64,000 bases of DNA. Origin: Dehalococcoidia bacterium. Lineage in GTDB: Bacteria > Chloroflexota > Dehalococcoidia > Lucifugimonadales > UBA3495. Below the pieces are notes generated by a model that did no database searches, was not told where the DNA came from, and was given only the letters and a program-made list of their open reading frames with translations. Numbering within the stretch: the stretch's first letter is position 1; every line of letters starts with the position of its first letter. Made by a program: the position numbers and the translations under genes. This document shows positions 50,085 through 60,093 of the stretch, in pieces. Location of the stretch: NCBI GenBank assembly GCA_965222025.1, contig CBDCTI010000009.1, positions 343,749-407,748 of the forward strand. Reading direction: 5' to 3'.

Positions 50085-51122
50085 CTACAGTCTCTCCCGG
50101 GCCAGCCGCGCGCCGGCAACGAGGGCGAAGAGCTTGGCCCTTGCCGCGGACGGGCTGAGCGGCACAAAGCCGCAGTCAGGGGCGGCCTGGATCATCGTTG
50201 GGTCGTGATGCCGGGCGGCAGCAAGGAGGCGCGCCGCGATTCGTTCCGGGTCTTCCACCGCTTCGTTGGCGTTGTCCACGCATCCAAACAGGACGGTTTT
50301 TGACGGGCACACAGACAGGAGAGCGGGGTCGAGTCGGGGGGCCTCGAACTCGAGGGCGAGTTGGTCGACTTCGGATCGCTCAAGCTCGGCCAGGATCACG
50401 GGGTAGCTGGGCTTGATGGGACGTGGGACTCCCGGGATGGTGTAGCTGTAGCAGACATGCACGGCAGTGGTTGCCCTGAGGCCCTTCATGCAACGATTGA
50501 GGGCCTCGATACCCCAGTCGGCCACCTTTTCGGGGTAGCGGCTGAAGACCGGTTCGTCGAACTGAATCACCGCCGGTTCAAACTTGTCCAGTTCCAGGGC
50601 TTCCCGGTTCAAAGCCTCCGCGACGGCCATGGCGAAGTCCGGCTCGTTTCCATAAAAATCGTCGTAGATAGAGTCAACGACGGTCATGGGCCCCGGGAGG
50701 GTCATCTTGACCGGGTGATTGGTCTCGACCTTCAGGAAGCGAAGGTCGTCTACAGCGAGAGGGCCAGGCCAGGCGACGGGGCCGACGCAGCGCCCGACCT
50801 GGGCCAACCTGCGACCGTCGCGGATCCATTTTTCGGCCAGGGTCTCGTAGTCGAAGCCGGTCAGGCGGCTGGCGATGTAGGTAAGGTAGGACTTCCGGCG
50901 CTGTTCACCGTCCGAAATTATGTCTAATCCGGCGGATTCCTGGGCGTGGATTGCCAGCCTGGTGGCGTCGTCCTGGGCCTGGGTCAGCAGATCGCCCTCG
51001 AACTGCCAATCCCCACCGCTGCCGTGATGGTCAGTACCCGCGTCAGCCAACTGGCGCTGGCTGTAGAGCCAGGGAGGCTTGGGCATGCTGCCGACAACGG
51101 TGGTTGTGAATGCTGCAGGCAT
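50085..51122 (-). CDS. cobalamin-independent methionine synthase (MetE C-terminal domain)-like methyltransferase
   Basis: 345 aa; TTVVGSMPKP..., ...ISDGEQRR..., ...AVHVCYS..., ...APDCGF... Confidence 0.75.
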   Translation of the reverse strand: MPAAFTTTVVGSMPKPPWLYSQRQLADAGTDHHGSGGDWQFEGDLLTQAQDDATRLAIHAQESAGLDIISDGEQRRKSYLTYIASRLTGFDYETLAEKWIRDGRRLAQVGRCVGPVAWPGPLAVDDLRFLKVETNHPVKMTLPGPMTVVDSIYDDFYGNEPDFAMAVAEALNREALELDKFEPAVIQFDEPVFSRYPEKVADWGIEALNRCMKGLRATTAVHVCYSYTIPGVPRPIKPSYPVILAELERSEVDQLALEFEAPRLDPALLSVCPSKTVLFGCVDNANEAVEDPERIAARLLAAARHHDPTMIQAAPDCGFVPLSPSAARAKLFALVAGARLARERL

Positions 51123-51162
51123 GACATTCTCTCAGGACCAGGAGTCAGGATTTGCAGTACGG

Positions 51163-52275
51163 TCAGCTCATGACCCGGCGGAAGAAGTCCATGGCGTTGC
51201 CGCCGATGATCTTGCGAACGTCATCGTCGGAATGACCACGGCGGATGAGACCACGGACGATGTTGGCGCCGTCGGCGGGCGATTCAAGGCCGTTGAGATA
51301 AGGGGCCGGAAGCTGGGCGGGGCCATCCCGGCCCAAGACCACACGGTGGAAGGCAACGTGGTCACCGACGGTGGTGTCGGTCCCGATGCCGACGTGATCG
51401 ACGCCGACCAGCTTGACCATGTAGTCGTAGTGGTCCAGGACGCACTCGATGTCCTGCTCGGGGTCGTCGCTGAGGGAGTTTGGGACGGCGGTTATGCAGA
51501 CCAGGCCGCCATTCTCGGTGCAGGCCAGCAACTCTTCGTCGCGTCGGGTACGTCGGTTGGGGCGAAGGGTGTAGGCGGCGTTATGGCTGAAGGTCACCGG
51601 AACTCGGGAGAACTCAATGGCGTCAAGGGCGGAAGGAGTAGAGACATGGGACAGGTCGATGGCCATACCGAGGTCGTTCATTCGCCGGACGACCTCGATG
51701 CCGAACTCGCTGAGGCCGCCGGGGTTGCGTTCATTCATGCCGTCGCCGATGTAGTTGCGGCGGTTGTAAGTAATGCCTGCCAGCCTAACGCCCATGCTGT
51801 ACAGTGAATCCAGCCGGTCGATGCGGTTGCCAATGGGCAGGTGCTCGAGGGTGGGAAGGAAGCCGACGTTGCCCTGCTGCTTGGCGGCCTCAATCTCGGC
51901 GGCGTTGCCGACGCGGGTGATGCCTTCCTGGGACGCCACGTCTGCCACCATGTGTCCGACCTCGGCGGCTACATCCTCGTACTCTACGAAGGACATGTCA
52001 GTGGTGCTCTTGAGGCCAGCAAAGACGTTGGAGGTGGTGACGGCTGTCCAGCTTCCTGCCCTAGCCGCTTCGTAGCCCCACTCAAAGCGTCCGATACGGA
52101 CGTGGTCTATCAGCTGTTCCATAACCTCGGGCAGCACGAAGGGATGCTGGTGGACGTCGATCATGACGGCGTCTTCCATGATGCCTTGGTAGCGCGTTTC
52201 CTCGCCGGCGTCGAGAGGAACGCGGGAGGAAGGGACGCGGCCCACCTGACTTGCCAAAGGAATTCCAGCAGCCAT
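51163..52275 (-). CDS. membrane dipeptidase family (peptidase M19)
   Basis: ...IDVHQHP..., AGITYNRRNYIGDG, IDLSHVS, TFSHNAAY, VDHVGIGTD; start chosen at the M with GGAG upstream (the ORF extends to 52347). Confidence 0.8.
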   Translation of the reverse strand: MAAGIPLASQVGRVPSSRVPLDAGEETRYQGIMEDAVMIDVHQHPFVLPEVMEQLIDHVRIGRFEWGYEAARAGSWTAVTTSNVFAGLKSTTDMSFVEYEDVAAEVGHMVADVASQEGITRVGNAAEIEAAKQQGNVGFLPTLEHLPIGNRIDRLDSLYSMGVRLAGITYNRRNYIGDGMNERNPGGLSEFGIEVVRRMNDLGMAIDLSHVSTPSALDAIEFSRVPVTFSHNAAYTLRPNRRTRRDEELLACTENGGLVCITAVPNSLSDDPEQDIECVLDHYDYMVKLVGVDHVGIGTDTTVGDHVAFHRVVLGRDGPAQLPAPYLNGLESPADGANIVRGLIRRGHSDDDVRKIIGGNAMDFFRRVMS

Positions 52276-52376
52276 TTCAATTCTCCAGGGTGTTGGATGT
52301 CCGGTCCTTGTCGCGCGGCGAGCTTCTTTGAACAGAAAAGGGCGCACAGCAATGGGCCCCTACTGGATTGGAGATA

Positions 52377-52712
52377 TCAGTTGACGGAGATGGGGGCGCC
52401 GGTGCCGCCGGTCTGCTCATTGACGAGGAAGGTGGCTTGGTCGCGGCCATAGACTGTTTCCAGCTCGGCGTCGAAGCGCTGTCCGCCCAGGCCGCCCATG
52501 ACCTCGTAACGGCCCTCGGTGAAGAGACGGCCCTCGAAGCTGTCATGCTTCACCTTACGCTCGGTTTCTCCGGCGAGGTACATCTCGACGGCCTGGACCA
52601 TGAGCTCGCTGAATTCCTCGTGGTTCAGGTAATTGGCCGAGCGCAGGAACACGTAACCCCAGCGAATGCCGAGATGCTCCATCATCATGGCAGGGCCTCT
52701 GGCACGGGGCAA
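52377..52712 (-). CDS. hypothetical protein (about 105 aa)
   Basis: Open frame co-oriented with the dipeptidase gene; no family recognised. Confidence 0.35.
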   Translation of the reverse strand: MPRARGPAMMMEHLGIRWGYVFLRSANYLNHEEFSELMVQAVEMYLAGETERKVKHDSFEGRLFTEGRYEVMGGLGGQRFDAELETVYGRDQATFLVNEQTGGTGAPISVN

Positions 52713-53055
52713 TAGGCCAATGGGGAGAAAAGTATCGGCATATCTTGATATGGGACCAAGGCGGAGATTCTGGGAAAACTGTATGCAGAAGCCGTCCGTT
52801 CGTCAAGCTGGCGACACCTGAGAACCAAGGCCGCTACCCGGATGGTGGAGGCGAATGGGCGCCGTCCTCCCTAGTATATGTTATCCCTCCCTCAACACAG
52901 TGCACCGGGGCAAGGAGGCATCGCCACCTTCCGGGCATCCTGCATGGGGAACAAATGGAGGCGGACCCAACGCTTCAAGCACGCCCCAGGGACTGCTGAA
53001 TTGGAGGCCTGGCGAGCAGTCGAAGGGTTGCTGATTTGCCAAGGCGGATGCTAAG

Positions 53056-54748
53056 CCCGAATCCACCGATAGAGGACGTCAGGTTAGCGACCTGAAGTGG
53101 TCAAAGGGTGCTCCTCTGAATCTGGGATAATGGTTTTCGAGAAAGGAAACCGACCCCAGAAAAGGAGCACCCAATTGATGCTACCACGCAACCATCCCGA
53201 CCGTATTCGCATCGTCTTTGACGACCACCGTCTGGTGGCCAATGCCGGCCTGCTCCTGCCGGCCACTCTCGCCCAACACCTGGGCCTGGGGGAACTCGTA
53301 GACCATCACCTCAATCTCGGCAGCGCGCCGGGCCGGGCCAACGCCGGCGACAAGATGATGACCCTGGTCGCCTCTGCCCTGGCTGGCGGCGATTGCATCG
53401 ACGACGCCGATGCGCTGCGCGCCGGTGGGACGGCCGGTGTTCTCGACTGTAGGGTCAAGGCGCCATCCACCCTGGGCACCTTCCTGCGCAGCTTCCGCTG
53501 GGGCCATGTCCGTCAGCTGGACCGGGTGATCCGGGAACTGCTGGCCCGGGCCTGGGCCGCCGGGGCGGGACCCGGCGACGCGCCGTTCACCATCGATCTG
53601 GACTCCACCATCTGCGAGACCTACGGACTGGCCAAGGAGGGGGCGCGACACCACGGCTATACCGGCAAGCGGGGCTATCACCCGCTGTTGGCCGTGGCCG
53701 CCGGCACCGGCGACGTGTTGATGTCCCGGCTGCGCGAGGGCCGGGCCAACACTGTTCGGGGCGCCGCCCACTTCCTGCGCGAGACGGTGGGACGGGTGCG
53801 CTACGCCGGCGCCAGGGGCCGACTCACGGTGCGGGCCGACAGCGGCTTCTATGCCCACGCCATCGTCGCCGTCTGCCGCAAGATGGATGTCCGCTACTCC
53901 ATCACCATCCGCCAGCACAAAAGCCTGCGCAATCTCATCGAGGCCATACCCGAGACGGATTGGACGCCCATCCCATACTGGATGGACGGCGCCGCCGATG
54001 TGGCCGAGACCACCTACACTCCCTTTGAGAGTGAGGCCGGCGCCGCGCCGGTGCGGCTCATCGTCCGGCGTGTGAAGCCCACGCCCGGTTCCCAACTGGC
54101 CCTCTTCGCCACCTACAGCTATCACGGATTCATCACCGACCGGGACGGGGAGACCCTGGAGCTGGAGGCCGACCACCGCCGCCACGCCGAGATCGAGAAC
54201 GCCATCCGGGACCTCAAGTACGGCGTCGGGCTGAACCACCTGCCGTCCGGCCGATTCGCCGCCAACGGCGCTTGGCTGGCGGTACAGGTGATGGCCCACA
54301 ACCTGGCCCGCTGGACGGCCCGCATCGGCTTGCGCGAGCAGATCGTGACCACCAAGACCCTCCGGCGTCGGTTCTTCGCCCTGGCGGGACGGACCACCCG
54401 CTCGGCGCGCCGCCTCACTTTGCATCTTCCCAAGCATTGGCCCTGGGAAACCCAGTTCAGCAGCGCCCTGGCCCGGCTGCGAGCCATTCCACTCCCCGCC
54501 TGACGGCGCTGTCCGCAACCGCCCCAACACCTCCAAACTCGCGTCCGCCCCGCCCGCGAGTGCATCCTGCTGCGTCCGATCTCACTATCACGCGATTCCC
54601 AGCCTCCATAGACCGCTCTCCAGGTCCGGTGCGGCTACTGAAAACCCTCGCGGGGTCACATCGGTCCAATGGAGCCCAGGCTTTCTCCCTTGCAGGCTCC
54701 CTCATCCCAATTTGCCCAGCATTCACGCCTCCCATCGGTGGATTCGGG
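53056..54748 (+). mobile_element. IS1380-family insertion sequence, copy 2 (1693 bp)
   Basis: Same TIRs; flanks CTAAG / CTAAC. Confidence 0.9.
53097..54503 (+). CDS. IS1380-family transposase
   Basis: 468-aa ORF, one visible substitution versus copy 1 (RSTQLML). Confidence 0.9.
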   Translation: MVKGCSSESGIMVFEKGNRPQKRSTQLMLPRNHPDRIRIVFDDHRLVANAGLLLPATLAQHLGLGELVDHHLNLGSAPGRANAGDKMMTLVASALAGGDCIDDADALRAGGTAGVLDCRVKAPSTLGTFLRSFRWGHVRQLDRVIRELLARAWAAGAGPGDAPFTIDLDSTICETYGLAKEGARHHGYTGKRGYHPLLAVAAGTGDVLMSRLREGRANTVRGAAHFLRETVGRVRYAGARGRLTVRADSGFYAHAIVAVCRKMDVRYSITIRQHKSLRNLIEAIPETDWTPIPYWMDGAADVAETTYTPFESEAGAAPVRLIVRRVKPTPGSQLALFATYSYHGFITDRDGETLELEADHRRHAEIENAIRDLKYGVGLNHLPSGRFAANGAWLAVQVMAHNLARWTARIGLREQIVTTKTLRRRFFALAGRTTRSARRLTLHLPKHWPWETQFSSALARLRAIPLPA

Positions 54749-54837
54749 CTAACAGGGCATAAACCGGACACGCAGCCGCATCGGGGAGGGATTTCCCGTC
54801 AAATGTTTGATCCCTTAAGCGCCAGTATTCCGTCCCG

Positions 54838-56070
54838 ATGAGGAACACCACTGGCCTGGCGACCCTATGTGTTCTCGCAGTGATTGCCTCCGCATTGCTG
54901 GTCGGATGCGGTCAGTACGTGTTGACAGAGCCGGCACCCACTGCGGTGAGCGAAAGCGATCAGTCGCCGGGCCTTCCACCAACGGCGACGAGGATGGAGC
55001 GGCCAACGGTTTCGGAACTTCCCACTGCTACGGTCCTGTCAGCAACACGGGCAAGAACCACCCTGGAAGCGCCCTTAACACAGTATCCAACGGCGACGCC
55101 TTTTCCGCCCGGATTTACAGGATTTTCAGTGATTCCGCCGTCGGGGCAGGACGCCAGTGTGACTGTAACGGGGTGCTCGAGACCCGAAGGCACGTTGTTG
55201 CGGGTACGGATTGAGAAATTGGAAGAGCTGGAATGGGTGATAGACGGGGAGCCTTCGGAGGAAGACGAGGACGGCACGGCACGGGAACTCTCCACCATTG
55301 AAGACATGATTACGTTGGCCGCAGAGTGCCCAGCGGTGTTCCGGGCCCTTATCAACCTGGAATCGATGCGGGTCGGAGGGGAGAACACGAGGTGGGCGCG
55401 GTGGGTGGTGGTGAACAAAATGCTGCAGATAGCGAGGGTGGACGAAGAAGCCGCGCTGGAAATTCTCGAACTGCCCTTCCTGAATACGCTGGAGCATCTG
55501 GACGGCCTTACCATGGAGTTTTTGCGGGACGTTTTCGTGGCCACGCATGACGACGGCCTTTCCCTGATTGCCACCGGGGAAATCAAGAATCCCGAGACGA
55601 GCTCCCTGCCCACCGACTTCTACCTCACATACCTAAGATCTCAAGGGCCGGCAGTTTCCGAAGCCCTGGATTCGCTCCAGTGGTTTGCCGATGGACTGGA
55701 CCCGTTCTGGGACGAGTTTGACCCCTCGAAAACGCCAGGCAACCACTACGAATCTGAGACAATCATGTCTTTCGCTTCACTGCATCTGATGTCGCCGCGG
55801 GCATTGCTTCCAATGATCAGACGGCCGTGGCTACAAGAGTCGATACACTCCATTAATTACACGGCCCTGGTCAACGTGCTCGACTTTGCGTATGACTCTC
55901 CGGAGGCGACGGCCCAAATCGCAGGGATGGACTTCCTGGACACGCTGGAGAAAGAAGACCTCACAATTATGCAGGAATTGCTGGACCTTAAATGGGATGA
56001 CCGGGGACTGTATTATCTGATCCTGTCTGATCCAGCGCTGTTGGGAGACCACTTTTCCTCCGCCAGGTAA
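54838..56070 (+). CDS. hypothetical lipoprotein
   Basis: 410 aa; MRNTTGLATLCVLAVIASALLVGCGQ (lipobox); no family recognised. Confidence 0.55.
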   Translation: MRNTTGLATLCVLAVIASALLVGCGQYVLTEPAPTAVSESDQSPGLPPTATRMERPTVSELPTATVLSATRARTTLEAPLTQYPTATPFPPGFTGFSVIPPSGQDASVTVTGCSRPEGTLLRVRIEKLEELEWVIDGEPSEEDEDGTARELSTIEDMITLAAECPAVFRALINLESMRVGGENTRWARWVVVNKMLQIARVDEEAALEILELPFLNTLEHLDGLTMEFLRDVFVATHDDGLSLIATGEIKNPETSSLPTDFYLTYLRSQGPAVSEALDSLQWFADGLDPFWDEFDPSKTPGNHYESETIMSFASLHLMSPRALLPMIRRPWLQESIHSINYTALVNVLDFAYDSPEATAQIAGMDFLDTLEKEDLTIMQELLDLKWDDRGLYYLILSDPALLGDHFSSAR

Positions 56071-56189
56071 GAGGGATTAACTATTCCCGGGGAGATGCAT
56101 AGCCGATTGGGCCGGCGCAGGTTTGCTTCCGTTGACATTGGCTGGCCGCGCTCCCTACACTCGCGGACAGTTCAACACAAGAGGTTGGC

Positions 56190-57110
56190 ATGAGGCGTTT
56201 TGAGTACCTGGAGGCGCGCACGCTGCGGCAAGCAATACGGATGCTGCAACAGCACGGGGAGAAGGCGCGCATAGTGGCAGGCAGCACCGACTTCCTGGTG
56301 CGGTGGCGGGCCGGGTTCTGGCACCCCGAGTATGTGGTGAACATCCAACGCATCCCGGGAATGAGCAGGGTAACCTACAGTCGGCGCAACGGGCTGCGGC
56401 TGGGGGCGCTCGTCACAATACAGACGCTGGAGCAGCACCCGGCGATCCGGCAGCACTACCCGGCACTGGCCGCGGCGGCAGCCTCGTTCGCCGGGGTGCA
56501 GGTGCGAAACCTGGCGACGGTGGGCGGCAACATCTGCAACGCTTCGCCATCAGGGGATATGCTGCCGGCCCTGCTGGTATACGGGGCAGAGTGCCGCGTG
56601 TCGGGACCCGACGGACACCGGCAGGTCCCGCTGGATGAACTCTTCACGGGGCCGGGACGGACGGTGTTGGAACAGGATGAGGTGCTCACCGAGATATCGC
56701 TGCCGCCACCCCTAGCAAACACCGGGGCACTGTACATCAAGCACAGCCCGCGGGGAGCTATGGACATCGCCACCGTAGGCGTGGCGGCGGCGGTGACGGT
56801 GGACCGATCGGGCGTGTGCACGGACGCGAAAATCGCGCTGGGGGCGGTTGCGCCCACGCCGAAGCGGGCCTCTGCCGCCGAGGAAATGCTGCGTGGGCAG
56901 ATGCTGGGCGCCGAGTTGCTACAGGAGGCAGCGGAGCAGGCGATGGCAGAGGCGGCGCCGATCGACGACGTTCGAGGGACGGCCGGGTACCGCCGGGCGA
57001 TGGTCGGGGTTCTCGCGCGCCGAACGCTGGAACAGTCGACGTCCGCTGCCACCGGGGACATCCTCGGCTACGAAGACCACCGGAGGTTCGCAATTCAGGG
57101 GACATTCTGA
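56190..57110 (+). CDS. Mo-hydroxylase FAD-binding subunit (CoxM/XdhB-like)
   Basis: 306 aa; ...GGNICNASPSGDM...; precedes the 2Fe-2S and Mo subunits. Confidence 0.85.
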   Translation: MRRFEYLEARTLRQAIRMLQQHGEKARIVAGSTDFLVRWRAGFWHPEYVVNIQRIPGMSRVTYSRRNGLRLGALVTIQTLEQHPAIRQHYPALAAAAASFAGVQVRNLATVGGNICNASPSGDMLPALLVYGAECRVSGPDGHRQVPLDELFTGPGRTVLEQDEVLTEISLPPPLANTGALYIKHSPRGAMDIATVGVAAAVTVDRSGVCTDAKIALGAVAPTPKRASAAEEMLRGQMLGAELLQEAAEQAMAEAAPIDDVRGTAGYRRAMVGVLARRTLEQSTSAATGDILGYEDHRRFAIQGTF

Positions 57111-57169
57111 ACGATCTTATGGTCTTCCTTTAATTCAACCGGCAATCTCAATTTGAGCAGGACGGCAAC

Positions 57170-57661
57170 ATGAAGAGAGTTGTCCAGATAACGGTCAACG
57201 GGGTGGAGCGCACGATACTGGTGGAGCCGTATTACTCGCTGCTGGACATGCTGCGGGACGAGTTGCACCTGACAGGTACGAAGAAAGGATGCGACGAGGG
57301 GGACTGCGGAGCGTGCACAGTGCTGCTGAACGGGCAGCCGGTGACGTCGTGCCTGGTGCTGGCGCACAGCGTTCACGACGCCGGGGTAACGACGGTTGAG
57401 GGGCTGGCACAGGGCGGGGAGCTTCACCCGGTGCAGCGCAGCTTTGCCGAAAACGGCGGGTTGCAGTGTGGGTACTGTACACCGGGCCTGATCATGGCGA
57501 CCGTTGGTCTGCTCAATGAGAATCCAGACCCCACCGAAGAAGAAGTAAAATTCGGTCTTGGCGGGAACCTGTGCCGGTGTACCGGCTATTCCAAGGTGAT
57601 CGAGGCGGTGATGGCCGCAGGCGAGAATACCCAGCTCGAGAATGCCAGGGAAGCGGAGTAG
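57170..57661 (+). CDS. Mo-hydroxylase (2Fe-2S) subunit (CoxS-like)
   Basis: 163 aa; CDEGDCGACTV and CGYCTPG cluster motifs. Confidence 0.9.
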   Translation: MKRVVQITVNGVERTILVEPYYSLLDMLRDELHLTGTKKGCDEGDCGACTVLLNGQPVTSCLVLAHSVHDAGVTTVEGLAQGGELHPVQRSFAENGGLQCGYCTPGLIMATVGLLNENPDPTEEEVKFGLGGNLCRCTGYSKVIEAVMAAGENTQLENAREAE

Positions 57662-57666
57662 CAGAG

Positions 57667-59967
57667 ATGGCAGAGTTCAATGTTCTGGGCAAAAGCCACG
57701 TTCGCGTCGACGCGTTCGACAAGGTCACTGGCCACTCCATCTACGCCGGCGACGTCTACCTGCCGGAGATGCTGATGTGCAAGGTTCTGACCAGCCCGCG
57801 CAGCCACGCCCGAATCGTCAGCGTCGACACGTCCGAGGCGGAGGCGCTGCCGGGAGTTCGGGGCGTGATCACCGGCAAGGACTTTCCCGATGTATTCTTT
57901 GGCTCCGGGGCGCTGCGGGACCGCAGGGTCATGGCGCGCGACGAGGTGTTCTACGTGGGGGAGCCCGTGGCAGCGGTGGCGGCCGACGACGAGATCACAG
58001 CGGTGGAAGCGCTGTCGCTAATAAGGGTGGAGTACGAGGATCTGGACGCAGTCGTCGATCCGGTGGCGTCGTTGACCGGGAGTTCGACCGTGGTCCACCC
58101 GGACTTGGAGGACTTCGAGGGGTACGGCTTCGCACTGGGCGGCAATAACTGCACCATGCTGGATGCTGACCGGGGCGACGTGGACGCGGCCTTCTCCGAT
58201 GCCAACCATATCATCGAGGAGACGTATCACACGCAGCCTATCAACCAGGGATTCCTGGAGCCCATGGCATGCGTAGCCAACGTGGAGGCCAACGGACGGC
58301 TGACGGTCTGGGCGTCGACGCAGGGGCCATACCAGGTGAGGCAGCAACTGGCATCGGTGCTTAACATGCCCATCGGCAACATCAAGATCATCGCAATGGA
58401 GATGGGCGGAGGGTTCGGAGCCAAGCTGCGGCTGGCGCTGGAGGCCTTCCCGGCGATGCTGGCGATGAAGACCCACCAGCCGGTGAAGCTGGTCAACACG
58501 CGGGAGGAGACTTTCACGCTTAACGGGCCGCGACTGGAAACAAACATCTACCTGAAGACGGCAGTGACCAATGACGGGAAGATAACGGCACGCGAAGCCC
58601 GGAGCATCTTTGACGTTGGCGCGTACCTGGGCGCTGGGCCCAACTCGGGCGTGGGGCACGGACTGGGTGCCTACAACATCCCCAACTTCAGACTGCGGTC
58701 GTACGGGGTCTACACCAACAAGGTTTACGTTGGTTCGTATCGCGCTTCGGGCGTGGCCGACATGACTTTCGCTGTCGAGTCGCACATGGATGAGATCGCG
58801 CACAAGCTGGGCATCGACCCGCTGGAGTTCCGGCGCAGGAACGCGTTGGAGGAAGGGGACATCGGTGTCAGCGGGGCACGCATCCCGCGCCACGGCCTAG
58901 CCGAGGTGATGGACGCGCTTGAGGGGAAGATGGACCTACCCCGAGCCAATCGGGGCACAGTCCACGATTCCGGGAACGAAAGGATGGCCCGGGGAGTCGG
59001 CATAGCCGTCGGGGAATGGCGCAGCGGCAGCGGCCCGTCGACGGCGTCAATCAGCTTAAACGAAGACGGAACCGTGGGTCTGCTGACTGGCTCGGTCGAC
59101 ATCTCGGGCAGCGACACCTCGCTGGCACAGATAGCCGCAGAGGTGCTGGGCCTGGAGCTGGAGCAGGTGATTGTCGCCAAGCGCGACACGGACCTTGCTC
59201 CGTTCACGGGACCGAGCGGGGGCAGCCGGATCGTGTACAGCCAAGGCAAGGCGGTAGAGATGGCCGCCGGGGATGCCCGCGACAAGCTGCTGGCCCTAGC
59301 CGCGGACCGGCTGGGAGTGCAGGCCGATGCACTGGAGTGCGAGGGCGGCACGGTGTACGTGATGGACAACCCGCCGCAGTCCATCGGGCTGGGCCAACTG
59401 GCGCGGATGAGCCTCTCGTCGCGGGGCGGCCCTATCGTTGGGACAGCCTCGCTGTCGAGCATGCCCTACAACCCGGTGTTCAACGCCCAAGGAGCGGAGG
59501 TCATCGTGGACAGGGAGACCGGGCAGATCAAGGTCACCCGCTTCGTCCAGGCGCAGGACGTGGGACTAGCCGTGAATCCGATGGGCGTCGAGGGTCAGCT
59601 GGAAGGCGGTGCGATGCAGGGGATTGGCAGGGCGCTCAGCGAGGAGATACTGATCGACCCGAACACCGGGCAGGTGCGAAACCCATCGCTGGCGACCTAC
59701 CTGATGCCGCTGGCCATCGACATGCCGGAGTTCGAAAACGTGCTGGTGGAAGTGCCCAGCGAGGATGGGCCCTTTGGGCTGCGTGCGGTCGCGGAACCGC
59801 CGGGATTCGGGCCTCCTGCGACAATTGCCAATGCCATTTTCGACGCCGTGGGGGTGCGTATCCGAACGCTGCCGCTGAGCCCGGAACGAGTGCTGGCAGC
59901 AATGCAGGGCAGGGAACCTGAGGATTACGGCATAAACGCGGAGGTGCTGCGCGCCGCCGAAGCGTAG
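57667..59967 (+). CDS. Mo-hydroxylase molybdopterin-binding large subunit (xanthine dehydrogenase/aldehyde oxidase family)
   Basis: MAEFNVLGKSHVRVDAFDKVTGHS...; the active-site loop reads GSYRASGVAD, not the form-I CO-dehydrogenase AYRCSFR signature. Confidence 0.85.
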   Translation: MAEFNVLGKSHVRVDAFDKVTGHSIYAGDVYLPEMLMCKVLTSPRSHARIVSVDTSEAEALPGVRGVITGKDFPDVFFGSGALRDRRVMARDEVFYVGEPVAAVAADDEITAVEALSLIRVEYEDLDAVVDPVASLTGSSTVVHPDLEDFEGYGFALGGNNCTMLDADRGDVDAAFSDANHIIEETYHTQPINQGFLEPMACVANVEANGRLTVWASTQGPYQVRQQLASVLNMPIGNIKIIAMEMGGGFGAKLRLALEAFPAMLAMKTHQPVKLVNTREETFTLNGPRLETNIYLKTAVTNDGKITAREARSIFDVGAYLGAGPNSGVGHGLGAYNIPNFRLRSYGVYTNKVYVGSYRASGVADMTFAVESHMDEIAHKLGIDPLEFRRRNALEEGDIGVSGARIPRHGLAEVMDALEGKMDLPRANRGTVHDSGNERMARGVGIAVGEWRSGSGPSTASISLNEDGTVGLLTGSVDISGSDTSLAQIAAEVLGLELEQVIVAKRDTDLAPFTGPSGGSRIVYSQGKAVEMAAGDARDKLLALAADRLGVQADALECEGGTVYVMDNPPQSIGLGQLARMSLSSRGGPIVGTASLSSMPYNPVFNAQGAEVIVDRETGQIKVTRFVQAQDVGLAVNPMGVEGQLEGGAMQGIGRALSEEILIDPNTGQVRNPSLATYLMPLAIDMPEFENVLVEVPSEDGPFGLRAVAEPPGFGPPATIANAIFDAVGVRIRTLPLSPERVLAAMQGREPEDYGINAEVLRAAEA

Positions 59968-60026
59968 AAAAACTACCCGTTTTGTGGATGGCGGCCACCG
60001 GAACAAAAGATAATGGGAGAAAGATG

Positions 60027-60059
60027 GACCCCGCGACTACGTTGCATTGTCGCGGGGTC
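60027..60059. terminator. bidirectional terminator hairpin
   Basis: GACCCCGCGAC-N11-GTCGCGGGGTC between convergent genes; followed by TTCGATTTT. Confidence 0.55.
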
Positions 60060-60093
60060 TTCGATTTTCCTGCATGGATCCGATGCGCCTAGG

